DNA of 41,882 bases from a virus (Duplodnaviria > Caudoviricetes), in IMG/VR virus record IMGVR_UViG_3300017648_000192, positions 1 through 41,882 of that record. One strand, given 5' to 3'. Of this stretch, positions 8,398 through 16,742 are shown one piece after another. The notes under the pieces were generated by a model that did no database searches, was not told the DNA's origin, and saw only the letters and a list, made by a program, of their open reading frames with translations. The stretch's first letter is position 1, and each line of letters starts with the position of its first letter. Both the position numbers and the translations under genes were made by a program.

Positions 8398-10713
8398 GTG
8401 AAAGGGTTCGTCTTGGTGGATGTTGTGCAAACATTTGGAGAGCTCGCCGACGGGATCGGCGCAACAGAATTACCGGGGACGGACCTGATCGTCGTCATCA
8501 TGCGGGACGGATCGATCGCGCACATGCCGCTATCAGAGGTCCGCAATGCGCCGGCGCCGGCTGACGCCCATGTGTATTTCGCAGGTGGCGCGTTCGCGGC
8601 CGGAACCGTGTCCGAGAAATCCGGTCGCAAACAAGACAACCTGCGCGCCGTCCTCTGGCTTCAGTTCGATGCCGATCTGCAGGACTACAGCGGCATGCCG
8701 GCGGAGGTGCTTCACACCCTGCCGGACGATGACATCCAGCGCTGGATCAAGGCCATGCGTGAGGATCTCGAGTCCTGCATGTCCGGGATCGGCTTACCCA
8801 TCCACCGCCTGGACTACACCGGATACGGACTCTGTGCCTACCTCTATCTGGAGCCTACCCTCGACGCCGATATTGCGACGATTCGCGACGCGCACAAGGC
8901 GTTCATCAAGGCGATCAACGACAAGGCGGGCATCCGACTGGTCGACCCGGTCGCGTCCGACGCCGGGACACGGATCACACGACTGCCGGGCACGTACAAC
9001 GTCAAGAACCCCGCCCGACCCCGCCTGGTAAAAACGCTGGCGTACCACAAGGGCCAGCAGGTCACGATGGACCAGGTCAAGTTTGCGCTTCGACGCGCGA
9101 TGGCCGCACCGGATCCTGTGACGATGCCCGAACGGCGCGCGCTCCCCATGTCGATCGCGGACGAGATCGTGAGCGCGATTGAGCCGCACTGGACGCTCGG
9201 ACAAAAGCACGCGTTGGCGCTCGCGCTCTCCGGCATGCTGGCGAAAGCCGGGATTCCCGAAGAACAGACCTTGGGTGTCATCGAGCGCCTGAGCGGAGGC
9301 GATGCCCAGCCATTCGATCGCGTGCGGTGCGTGCAGGACACGTACAAACGCCTGCACGCCGGGCAGGACAACCGGGGATTCATGAGCCTCCGGGAGATGA
9401 TCCCCGCCGATGCTCTCACGTACATCACGGAGCGCATCGATCGAATCACCAGGGCGACCGCGCCTGGCGGCGTCTTCTCGTTCGAGGCGAAGGCCCGATC
9501 GAAAGACGGTCAGGAAAATAAATTCACATCGTCACTCAATGTCCAGCCCGTTCCTGATATTTGCTTCAACGGATGGGTCGGCGACTACGTCAGCATGATG
9601 CTGCCGCTTTCGGAAGCGCCGGAATCGTTCCATCTGGCTTCGGGGCTGGGTCTCATTGGAGCAAGTGCCGGGCGCAAAGTGAGCGCCCGATACATAAAGC
9701 GCCTTTATGCCAATCATTTCTTTATGCTCGTTGGCATTGCCGGATACAGCCGTAAGGATACGGCAATTGAATTCGCCCTTGAGTTCCCCGACCACATGAG
9801 TGGGCGATCTTTCAACAGCGCTCCGTTCCAAATCCTCACGGACGTTGGGTCGCCACAGGGACTCATGGAGTACATGCAGAAATACCCCAATATCTGGCTG
9901 TATGTAACTGAGTACGAGCGTCTTGCCGCCAATGCTCATCGATCCTCTACATCGGCCATCTTCCCTTTGCTTACAACCGCGTGGAACACTCCAACAAAAA
10001 TCCAGAACGTCACCAAAGGATCGCCAATGGAGGCGAAGTTCCCGTACCTGTCAACGATTGCCGCCGTTCAGCCGGACATCCTCTCGAAAAATATGCTACC
10101 CGAAGATATTTCCAATGGGTTTGCCTCCCGATGGCTCTTCATCCCCGGAGAAGGTGGTGACCCGCTAGCCTATCCACCAGCCATCAATGAAGTACAGGCG
10201 CATGACCATTACGCAAGCCTCTTGCGTACCGTCGACCGCTATGGCGATAGCGACCGCGACACAATGCTTGAACTTGCCCCGGATGCACTAGAGCGATGGA
10301 CCGCCTGGTATAAGGCTGACCGCCGGACGATGCCCGAAAGTGACGATGAAGCATCGATGCGATCTCGCCTCGGTGTCCATATCCAAAAAATCGCGCTCAC
10401 CTACGCCATTGGTGACGGGGAACAAAGCCACATCCAGCTAAGTCAACTCGAATCTGCGATCGCCTTTGTAGAGTGGAGCTGGTCCCACACCCGCCAAATG
10501 ATGAAGGAATGGGGCGTCCCGGCATTCAACGCTATCGAGGTCAAGGTCGAGCAAGTCCTGAGGTCCAATGGACCAATGAAAAGGCGTGTACTTCAAGGAA
10601 AGTGCAAGAACCGCCGATGGGGCGCAACCGACTTCGCTAAGGTCCTGGAGGCAATGGTCCGGAACGGAACGGTGGAAATAGATGCGGAGGGAAATCATGC
10701 AATTGCATCGTAA
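8398..10713 (+). CDS. AEP/RepB-type primase fused to DUF3987 (YfjI-like) P-loop helicase domain
   Basis: WLQFDAD, TGYGLCAY, RITRLPGTYNVK primase motifs; PriCT-like helices; GIAGYSRKDTA Walker A-like; GFASRWLF; C-terminal winged helix; exact start uncertain (8398-8416). Confidence 0.82.
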   Translation: MKGFVLVDVVQTFGELADGIGATELPGTDLIVVIMRDGSIAHMPLSEVRNAPAPADAHVYFAGGAFAAGTVSEKSGRKQDNLRAVLWLQFDADLQDYSGMPAEVLHTLPDDDIQRWIKAMREDLESCMSGIGLPIHRLDYTGYGLCAYLYLEPTLDADIATIRDAHKAFIKAINDKAGIRLVDPVASDAGTRITRLPGTYNVKNPARPRLVKTLAYHKGQQVTMDQVKFALRRAMAAPDPVTMPERRALPMSIADEIVSAIEPHWTLGQKHALALALSGMLAKAGIPEEQTLGVIERLSGGDAQPFDRVRCVQDTYKRLHAGQDNRGFMSLREMIPADALTYITERIDRITRATAPGGVFSFEAKARSKDGQENKFTSSLNVQPVPDICFNGWVGDYVSMMLPLSEAPESFHLASGLGLIGASAGRKVSARYIKRLYANHFFMLVGIAGYSRKDTAIEFALEFPDHMSGRSFNSAPFQILTDVGSPQGLMEYMQKYPNIWLYVTEYERLAANAHRSSTSAIFPLLTTAWNTPTKIQNVTKGSPMEAKFPYLSTIAAVQPDILSKNMLPEDISNGFASRWLFIPGEGGDPLAYPPAINEVQAHDHYASLLRTVDRYGDSDRDTMLELAPDALERWTAWYKADRRTMPESDDEASMRSRLGVHIQKIALTYAIGDGEQSHIQLSQLESAIAFVEWSWSHTRQMMKEWGVPAFNAIEVKVEQVLRSNGPMKRRVLQGKCKNRRWGATDFAKVLEAMVRNGTVEIDAEGNHAIAS

Positions 10714-10730
10714 ACCTCTGCATCTCCCCC

Positions 10731-10941
10731 TCTGTGCTGGACATGCTGGACATCATGTCCAGCACAGAAAACCCCTATGGATTCAACGAAAAACAAATGC
10801 GCGGGACGTGCTGGACAGCAAGTCACTATATCGCGATTTTTGCGCAACATGTCCAGCAGTCCAGCAATCCTCCAAAAACGTTGATACTACGCGGTTTTAT
10901 TCGCTGGAAACCATGTCCAGCATCGTCCAGCATGTCCAGCA
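10731..10941. repeat. Iteron cluster, probable phage replication origin
   Basis: Nine copies of TGCTGGAC/GTCCAGCA (10735, 10744, 10809; 10757, 10851, 10859, 10915, 10925, 10934), 15-bp perfect inverted repeat 10731-10745 / 10754-10768, AT-rich spacers. Confidence 0.7.
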
Positions 10942-11055
10942 CGTAATTTTTGACAATCGCGCACCGCCATAGTGTCGTGGCGTAACCGAACAACTAGTCA
11001 AGCAGGAAGAAGCTTTTTCAGAGAGGTCTCTGATAAGGCCAGGGGAGCCATTGTC

Positions 11056-11436
11056 ATGAAAAACAACCAACTCGCGCTCTTCCCGGATGCTATCGACGAA
11101 TCTGCTCAAGCGACGTTCCGGACAAAAGACGAAGTTGAGCATCAAAAACAACAACGACGAAAGAGCAAGGCGAAGTCGTGGACAATGCCGGACGTGCCCG
11201 ACGGTCCGTGTTGTTTTCGATGTGGCCACTGGAGACGTCCAGAGAAGTTGAATGACTTCGGGGCGTGTCGCGTACTGGGTCGCGCCGAAGGTCGATCAAC
11301 GGACCTGACGATCGAACAAGGCCAAATCGTCGATATGAAAGAGGCGATGAAGCGCAACGTCTTCACGGAGTCTCTACGGACGCGGGCGGTGTTCAGCTGC
11401 AGCGCGTTCCGGGACGCCGCAGAGGCAGCAGCATGA
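11056..11436 (+). CDS. Hypothetical Cys-rich (zinc-binding) protein
   Basis: GGGGAG SD; CCFRCGHW...GAC...CSAF. Confidence 0.65.
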   Translation: MKNNQLALFPDAIDESAQATFRTKDEVEHQKQQRRKSKAKSWTMPDVPDGPCCFRCGHWRRPEKLNDFGACRVLGRAEGRSTDLTIEQGQIVDMKEAMKRNVFTESLRTRAVFSCSAFRDAAEAAA

Positions 11437-11795
11437 TCACAACCTGGACGCACCCAACGACCGGCGAGGTGGTGAGCCTCAACGCTATCGAGCCGTTGAT
11501 CCATCAATGGCAGACGACGCCGCGTGAGAGCGTCCGACGCATGGCGTGGGATCAGCTGCACCGGATCGGCGTGCAGCTCGACGAAATTGTTGCAGACCTG
11601 GGACGCGATCTCTCTCGCGGTTACGACATTCTCGACATTGCCCCGAGTGATGAGAACGAAGCCCGCTGGCTGGAATGGCTCCAACAATACGAGGCCGCGT
11701 GTGACGCGCAATCGCTCATCACGTACAGCGTCGTGGAGCAAAATCCGAAATTAATTTCGCATCGCCGTTCGCCTGATCGTCAGGAGGCCGCGTGA
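11433..11795 (+). CDS. Hypothetical phage protein
   Basis: ATGA coupling, MITTWTHP... Confidence 0.65.
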   Translation: MITTWTHPTTGEVVSLNAIEPLIHQWQTTPRESVRRMAWDQLHRIGVQLDEIVADLGRDLSRGYDILDIAPSDENEARWLEWLQQYEAACDAQSLITYSVVEQNPKLISHRRSPDRQEAA

Positions 11796-12481
11796 TGCCA
11801 GCGTTCTCCTATCAATCGGGCAGGCCGGCCAAGAATGTCACCAAAAACATCACACAACCGGTGTCAGCAGATGCAATCGATCCGGCGTGGGGTGATGTGA
11901 ATACGGACCCGCACGCCGTGCCGGCGAATGCGGATCGAGCCCTATTGGCGTCATACCTCGCCGACACCGGAATGCTGATGGAGCAGTGGATTGACGAGCT
12001 CTCACTGCTCGCCTGCGACGAACAGTGGCTGCGGTGCAAGCTGCAGGACCCAGTGCTCGCGGACGATCCGCATCGACCAGCGGCGATCAGTCGCGCGGAG
12101 GCGATGGAAGAGGACATCATCGATCGCGTTCGTGTCGTCATCGAGGCCGAAGCCGCGGCCGATCGTCAGTGGCAATTCCTCACGATCGATGAACGAAAGT
12201 CCACGTATGCCGACTACTGGTGGCGTGCGGACGCGCATCAAGAGCGACTAATCGGCCAGGCATGGCGCGTCATGGCGCCGCGTTACCGCTGGCCGCCTGG
12301 GTGGCGCATCAATCGCCTGTGGCTGAGCGGACTGCCGTTGTGTGTCGTCATGGATCTCCGCATCTTCAAGGTTCTGGATATCACGCTCAATCCCCGCCCG
12401 CCGTCCATTTTCGACGAGACCCGCCACGACGCGATTCCCGACGACCTGAAAGACGAGATGATGAAAGGCCTGAAATCATGA
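11795..12481 (+). CDS. Hypothetical phage protein
   Basis: GGAGG SD, coupled to neighbours. Confidence 0.7.
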   Translation: MPAFSYQSGRPAKNVTKNITQPVSADAIDPAWGDVNTDPHAVPANADRALLASYLADTGMLMEQWIDELSLLACDEQWLRCKLQDPVLADDPHRPAAISRAEAMEEDIIDRVRVVIEAEAAADRQWQFLTIDERKSTYADYWWRADAHQERLIGQAWRVMAPRYRWPPGWRINRLWLSGLPLCVVMDLRIFKVLDITLNPRPPSIFDETRHDAIPDDLKDEMMKGLKS

Positions 12482-12780
12482 ACCACGAGCCTATCCCCGG
12501 CCTCGCCAACAAAATCCGGGACACGCTCAAGCGTCGCGTTGACGATCGATTTTTCGATTGTGCCGCCGGCCTCAGTGACGACGACATCTACGCACAGGCG
12601 CCGTCGGACGAGATCGATCGCATCGTCCGCCTTCGCCCGACAGACAACAGCGACATCCGGCAATGGCTGGCATTCCGGGACGAGGCCGACCGCCAGCTCA
12701 CGACGAAGGCAATCAACGAATGGATCAAGAACCTGATGCGCGAACACGGGATGTTCGCCCGAGGACGGAGAGCAGCATGA
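12478..12780 (+). CDS. Hypothetical phage protein
   Basis: ATGA overlaps at both ends (MNHEPIPG...). Confidence 0.65.
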   Translation: MNHEPIPGLANKIRDTLKRRVDDRFFDCAAGLSDDDIYAQAPSDEIDRIVRLRPTDNSDIRQWLAFRDEADRQLTTKAINEWIKNLMREHGMFARGRRAA

Positions 12781-13091
12781 GCGATATGTGGAAGCGTTTC
12801 GAGGCCTTGACCCCAGACGAATTCAGCGACGCGGCGACGAGCGTGGCACTTGGCGTCGTGGAGCTCCTAGGTCGAAAACGTGAGAGCTACGGCCCATCCA
12901 ATCTGACGCAGTTCGGTGATCACGGTGTACTGGTGCGCACATCGGACAAGCTGCAGCGGCTTGCCCACATGCATCGAGAAGGTATTGACATGACTGCCGT
13001 CAATGAGAGCGCAGAAGACGCGTGGCGGGATATCGCTGGATATGCACTGTTGGTCCTGATCGCACACAGCCACAAGGAGCCCGCCCGATGA
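12777..13091 (+). CDS. DUF1599-like nucleotide-modification-associated (all-alpha pyrophosphatase-like) protein
   Basis: KRESYG...VRTSDKLQRL...ESAEDAWRDIAGYALL signature. Confidence 0.72.
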   Translation: MSDMWKRFEALTPDEFSDAATSVALGVVELLGRKRESYGPSNLTQFGDHGVLVRTSDKLQRLAHMHREGIDMTAVNESAEDAWRDIAGYALLVLIAHSHKEPAR

Positions 13092-13468
13092 AACCTGCAT
13101 TCACCATCACCTGCGCCTATTGCGGCCGCACCGTCCCCCGCGAACACGGCGCGTACCAGACCTATTGCACCGCCGACTGCCGGAAGCGCGATACACGACG
13201 CCGCAAACGTCGCGCCCGTGCCGTCCAGCAGGCCGTGCATCCCTTGCGCACCCGCCTGTACGCCAACCGGGAGCGCAACATGCACGACCGGCGTAGTCGC
13301 GAGGCGGCGTCCCGCGCCGAATCCCCGGACGTCCCGTCGCCGACGCGCTGCTCCCCGGCATCGTGCCACGCCATGCCGATCGTCCGGGCGCGAAAGAGAG
13401 CCGTAGAGGCAGCGCGATGGCACGCAATGGGGACGCTGCCGGCGCTGGAAAGCGAGCGTGCAGCATGA
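13088..13468 (+). CDS. Hypothetical zinc-finger protein
   Basis: CAYCG...YCTADC followed by basic helix; AGGAG SD. Confidence 0.55.
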   Translation: MKPAFTITCAYCGRTVPREHGAYQTYCTADCRKRDTRRRKRRARAVQQAVHPLRTRLYANRERNMHDRRSREAASRAESPDVPSPTRCSPASCHAMPIVRARKRAVEAARWHAMGTLPALESERAA

Positions 13469-13776
13469 TCGAGCACCTGACGACTACGATCCTGCAATGC
13501 ATGGCCGATGCACCGAACCCGACTGCGGGAGCACGGTTAGCCGCCTACCGCGTCACCGACGAGCTGCGCAAGGCGATGACACGGGCGCCAGTCCTGCGGC
13601 ACGTCACCGAGTCCATCCATGATGACAATCTCGCGAAACACGGCATGACGGGACCCGCATACGCGTTTCGCACCATGACGCCCAAAGCGCGGGTCCGCCT
13701 GACGAGCGATCGACACGATGTCATTACCGCCGCGTGGGACGCCCTGTTGAATGACGGGAAGGACGGTGACGCATGA
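13465..13776 (+). CDS. Hypothetical phage protein
   Basis: ATGA overlaps at both ends. Confidence 0.6.
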   Translation: MIEHLTTTILQCMADAPNPTAGARLAAYRVTDELRKAMTRAPVLRHVTESIHDDNLAKHGMTGPAYAFRTMTPKARVRLTSDRHDVITAAWDALLNDGKDGDA

Positions 13777-14321
13777 CGCACCTCACCGTCACCGCAAAGC
13801 AGGCCGCGGCGATCCGCAAGCTCGTCCACGAGAACTGGACGCCGGATGCAGCCTATCAGCACGTCGTACGTACAGCGCAGGAGGCCACAGCGGCATCTGG
13901 GAGCGATGGAGCGGGCGAAAAGGCATCAGGAGCCATTGCGACACCTGCGGCGCGTCCTGAGGCAAATGCGGCGCGCAGGGGGCACAAGTATGGCGCGAAG
14001 TCCGTCACCATCGACGGCCACAAGTTCCCATCTCTTGCCGAGGGGCGACGCTACGAACAGTTGAAACTCATGCGGGACAACGGGCTCATCAAGGGGCTAG
14101 AGCTGCAACCTCGGTTCAAAGTGAGGATCAATGGCATCCACATCACAACCTACATTGCGGATTTTCGATACGTCGATGCGGGGACTGGTGAAACCGTCAT
14201 TGAGGAGGTCAAAGGGTTCCGAACCGATGTCTACAAACTCAAAAAGAAGCTGGTGAAGGCAGTGCTGGGGATCGACGTCGTGGAAATCAATGCACGAGAC
14301 GTGAAGGAGCTGGTGTCATGA
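13773..14321 (+). CDS. DUF1064 family PD-(D/E)xK nuclease
   Basis: KYGAKSVTIDGHKFPSLAEGRRY...LELQPRF...YIADFRY...EEVKG.RTDVYKLKKKL. Confidence 0.85.
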   Translation: MTHLTVTAKQAAAIRKLVHENWTPDAAYQHVVRTAQEATAASGSDGAGEKASGAIATPAARPEANAARRGHKYGAKSVTIDGHKFPSLAEGRRYEQLKLMRDNGLIKGLELQPRFKVRINGIHITTYIADFRYVDAGTGETVIEEVKGFRTDVYKLKKKLVKAVLGIDVVEINARDVKELVS

Positions 14322-14653
14322 CCACCATGCACTGCGCCGTCATCGGTTGCGGCCGCACCAAAGGCGTCACCGGCCCGTACCAGGCCTGCGAGTACCACCG
14401 TGCGGACTTCCGGGCCGGGGTGAGCCTCGACCTGCGGACCGGGTACACGATTTACCTCAATCATCACGGGGAGATTGACGCCAAATTGACGAAGGATGTT
14501 TTTGGGAGCCGTCACGAGGACTGGCATCCCGGCGAAACACGGGCATTTCTGGAGGGCGCAATTCAGCGAATTCATGGTAAAATAAAGGGGCAATTGAACG
14601 AAAGTGGCGAGGCGGTGCTACCAACACCCCTCGCCGTGACCAATCATCGCTAG
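14318..14653 (+). CDS. Hypothetical protein (N-terminal Cys/His motif)
   Basis: AAGGAG SD, CAVIGC...CEYH; 3' end overlaps a promoter/leader cassette. Confidence 0.55.
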   Translation: MTTMHCAVIGCGRTKGVTGPYQACEYHRADFRAGVSLDLRTGYTIYLNHHGEIDAKLTKDVFGSRHEDWHPGETRAFLEGAIQRIHGKIKGQLNESGEAVLPTPLAVTNHR

Positions 14654-14669
14654 GAGGATGATCGGCATG
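14575..14669 (+). promoter_or_regulatory. Extended -10 promoter plus two-hairpin leader (copy 1)
   Basis: TGgTAAAAT 14575-14583; hairpin 14606-14635; second hairpin around TAGGAGG. Confidence 0.6.
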
Positions 14670-14918
14670 ACGAATCATATTCCCAACTCCACAACTGAAT
14701 CAACTGAATCTACCTACGATGCCAATATCCGTAAGGGGAGGGCGCTCATTGCTGACCTCACGGAGCGCATTGAACATGGCGAGTGGCTTATCCGCGAGCG
14801 GCGCAAGCTGGGTCTTCCAACGCGCGATCTTGTGACGCTACTCGAAACGAGGCGCAAGCAGCTTGCGGCGGCGCGTCTTGTTTTTCGCATCCTCGGGGAA
14901 AGCGAGGTGCAGCCATGA
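14667..14918 (+). CDS. Hypothetical helical protein
   Basis: TAGGAGG SD; ATG 14667 has better spacing than 14658. Confidence 0.6.
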   Translation: MTNHIPNSTTESTESTYDANIRKGRALIADLTERIEHGEWLIRERRKLGLPTRDLVTLLETRRKQLAAARLVFRILGESEVQP

Positions 14919-15355
14919 CCAACCCCACAACTGAATCAACCCAATATGACGCCGTCATTGTGACCGGTGATCGGTATGCGTTGTGGCCGGACTGGCGAGA
15001 CGTTGTCGAACATGCCGTCAATCAGTACGTCGAATCGGCAGCATCGGTGCTCCACGGAGCCGCGCGCGGGATTGACACGCTGGTTGCCGATTACTTCCGT
15101 CGCACACGTCCATACGTGTCGATTCAGGGGTTTCCCGCCGACTGGAATGCACATGGACGTGCTGCCGGACCTATCCGCAATCAGGAGATGCTGGATGTGC
15201 TGTTGGACCTGTCGCAAACAGGCGCTCGCATTGCCGTCCTGGCGTTCCACAACGACCTTGCCGGGTCCAAGGGGACGAAACATATGGTCGGTATTGCCCG
15301 GAAGGCCGGGGTTCCTGTGCATGTGTTCACGCGGAAGGGAGAAGTGAAGCCATGA
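14915..15355 (+). CDS. SLOG family (DUF2493/YspA-like) protein
   Basis: VIVTGDR, HGAARGID, ADWNAHGRAAGPIRNQEML, AFH...SKGTKHM. Confidence 0.85.
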   Translation: MTNPTTESTQYDAVIVTGDRYALWPDWRDVVEHAVNQYVESAASVLHGAARGIDTLVADYFRRTRPYVSIQGFPADWNAHGRAAGPIRNQEMLDVLLDLSQTGARIAVLAFHNDLAGSKGTKHMVGIARKAGVPVHVFTRKGEVKP

Positions 15356-16497
15356 CAATTAGGCACCTTGATCTCTTCTCAGGCATTGGCGGATTCGCGC
15401 TCGCCGCATCGTGGACGGGGATCGTGGAGACGGTCGGTTTCTGCGAGGTCGATCCCTGGTGCCGGCGCGTCCTGGCGAAGCACTGGCCGGAGGTACCTCA
15501 ACATGACGATATCCACACCCTCACAGGTGAGTCTCTGGACAGATTCGGACGCATCGACCTCATCACCGGAGGCTACCCTTGCCAGCCATTCAGTGTTGCC
15601 GGGCAGCGACGAGGCGCGGCGGATGACCGCCACCTCTGGCCGCACATGCGCCGTGTTATTGACACAGCACGACCGCGTTTCGTGTTGGCTGAAAACGTTG
15701 CTGGGCACATCTCGCTGGGCCTCGACACTGTTTTGGCTGACATGGAAGCCGACGGCTACACCTGCGGGGCGGTTGTTATTCCGGCTGGTGCCGTCAACGC
15801 GCTACACCGCCGGGACAGGGTCTGGATTGTGGCCCACCGCAACAGTGGCGATGAGGGACAACCGATCCCCGCACGGGAAGCAGGAGGTCCGCCCGTCTTT
15901 GGAGAGCGCGGCACGAGCACATCCACGGTCGGCGTCGATTCCGACGCCGACCGTGCAGGACGGGAAGAACAATGCGGGACCCAGCCAGCACGAGCGGAAC
16001 ACGCCGCCGTTGAATACGTGGGTGGTCCAGAATCCGTGGCCGACGCCGAGGCACGAAGGGTTCGACGCGGGGGCGCATCGGGGCAGGCCGGACAGCCTGC
16101 ACAGCGCGGTCAAAGCTTGGCCGACGCCACGGGCGTCCGAGAGCGAAATGCGGACGTACAAGCGCCCGGCAAGTCACGAGAACGGGACGCACGGCAAGCA
16201 CTTGCAGGTGGAGGCCCTTCGGGATCACGGAACGACAGACGGATCACTGAAGCTCCACGGACGCTGGACGCTGGCCCTGATGGGATTCCCGCCGACGTGG
16301 TGCGACGACCTGCCGGACGATTCGCTCATCCCGACATGATTCGTGCGTCCTGGGCGGATGGGACGTGGGAATGCGACCTGCCGCGCGTTGTTGCCGACGA
16401 ACCGGACCGACGCCGAAAATTGATGGCGGCTGGTAACGCCATCGTCCCCGAGGTCGCCTACGAGATCCTGCGCGTGATGCTGGGCGGTGTCATATGA
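15352..16497 (+). CDS. DNA (cytosine-5) methyltransferase, alpha chain (motifs I-VIII and X; motif IX not seen)
   Basis: DLFSGIGG, GGYPCQPFS, ENVAG, HRRDRVWIVA, C-terminal LMAAGNAIVPEVA. Confidence 0.92.
   Translation: MTIRHLDLFSGIGGFALAASWTGIVETVGFCEVDPWCRRVLAKHWPEVPQHDDIHTLTGESLDRFGRIDLITGGYPCQPFSVAGQRRGAADDRHLWPHMRRVIDTARPRFVLAENVAGHISLGLDTVLADMEADGYTCGAVVIPAGAVNALHRRDRVWIVAHRNSGDEGQPIPAREAGGPPVFGERGTSTSTVGVDSDADRAGREEQCGTQPARAEHAAVEYVGGPESVADAEARRVRRGGASGQAGQPAQRGQSLADATGVRERNADVQAPGKSRERDARQALAGGGPSGSRNDRRITEAPRTLDAGPDGIPADVVRRPAGRFAHPDMIRASWADGTWECDLPRVVADEPDRRRKLMAAGNAIVPEVAYEILRVMLGGVI
15503..16339 (+). CDS. Nested +1-frame methyltransferase beta chain (repeat modules plus motif IX)
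   Basis: GGAGGT SD (15489-15494) 8 nt before ATG 15503; WPTA/IPTP/WPTP/WPTP repeats; LHGRWTLALMGFPPTW resembles motif IX. Confidence 0.72.
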   Translation: MTISTPSQVSLWTDSDASTSSPEATLASHSVLPGSDEARRMTATSGRTCAVLLTQHDRVSCWLKTLLGTSRWASTLFWLTWKPTATPAGRLLFRLVPSTRYTAGTGSGLWPTATVAMRDNRSPHGKQEVRPSLESAARAHPRSASIPTPTVQDGKNNAGPSQHERNTPPLNTWVVQNPWPTPRHEGFDAGAHRGRPDSLHSAVKAWPTPRASESEMRTYKRPASHENGTHGKHLQVEALRDHGTTDGSLKLHGRWTLALMGFPPTWCDDLPDDSLIPT

Positions 16498-16742
16498 CCT
16501 ACATCGATCACGTTACCGACCCTACCTGCGACGAATGTGGAATGCCGCTGCATTTTCGCAACGTCTACGGGGTCTCCGGGGCAATCGTCCCGCTTGACGT
16601 GTATCGATCGCCCTCCAGCGCAGGTCTGGTATGGGTGCTGATGGCGGGACGCGGGGATGATGCGACGGTCGATCACCAGTGTGGTTCCGGATATACGGAC
16701 CACCGGGATACGTGCCCGGCACGAACGGAGATTGTGCAATGA
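16494..16742 (+). CDS. Hypothetical zinc-binding protein
   Basis: CDECG...HRDTC; ATGA coupling. Confidence 0.6.
   Translation: MTYIDHVTDPTCDECGMPLHFRNVYGVSGAIVPLDVYRSPSSAGLVWVLMAGRGDDATVDHQCGSGYTDHRDTCPARTEIVQ

Noticed and set aside
10731-10941. Possible CRISPR array
   Set aside because: 8-bp units in both orientations with irregular spacing; no repeat-spacer periodicity and no cas genes
10682-10972. ORFs 10682-10972 and 10734-10946
   Set aside because: Translations mirror the iteron repeats; better explained as an origin
10950-10978. TTGACA promoter after the origin
   Set aside because: No acceptable -10 at 16-18 bp spacing
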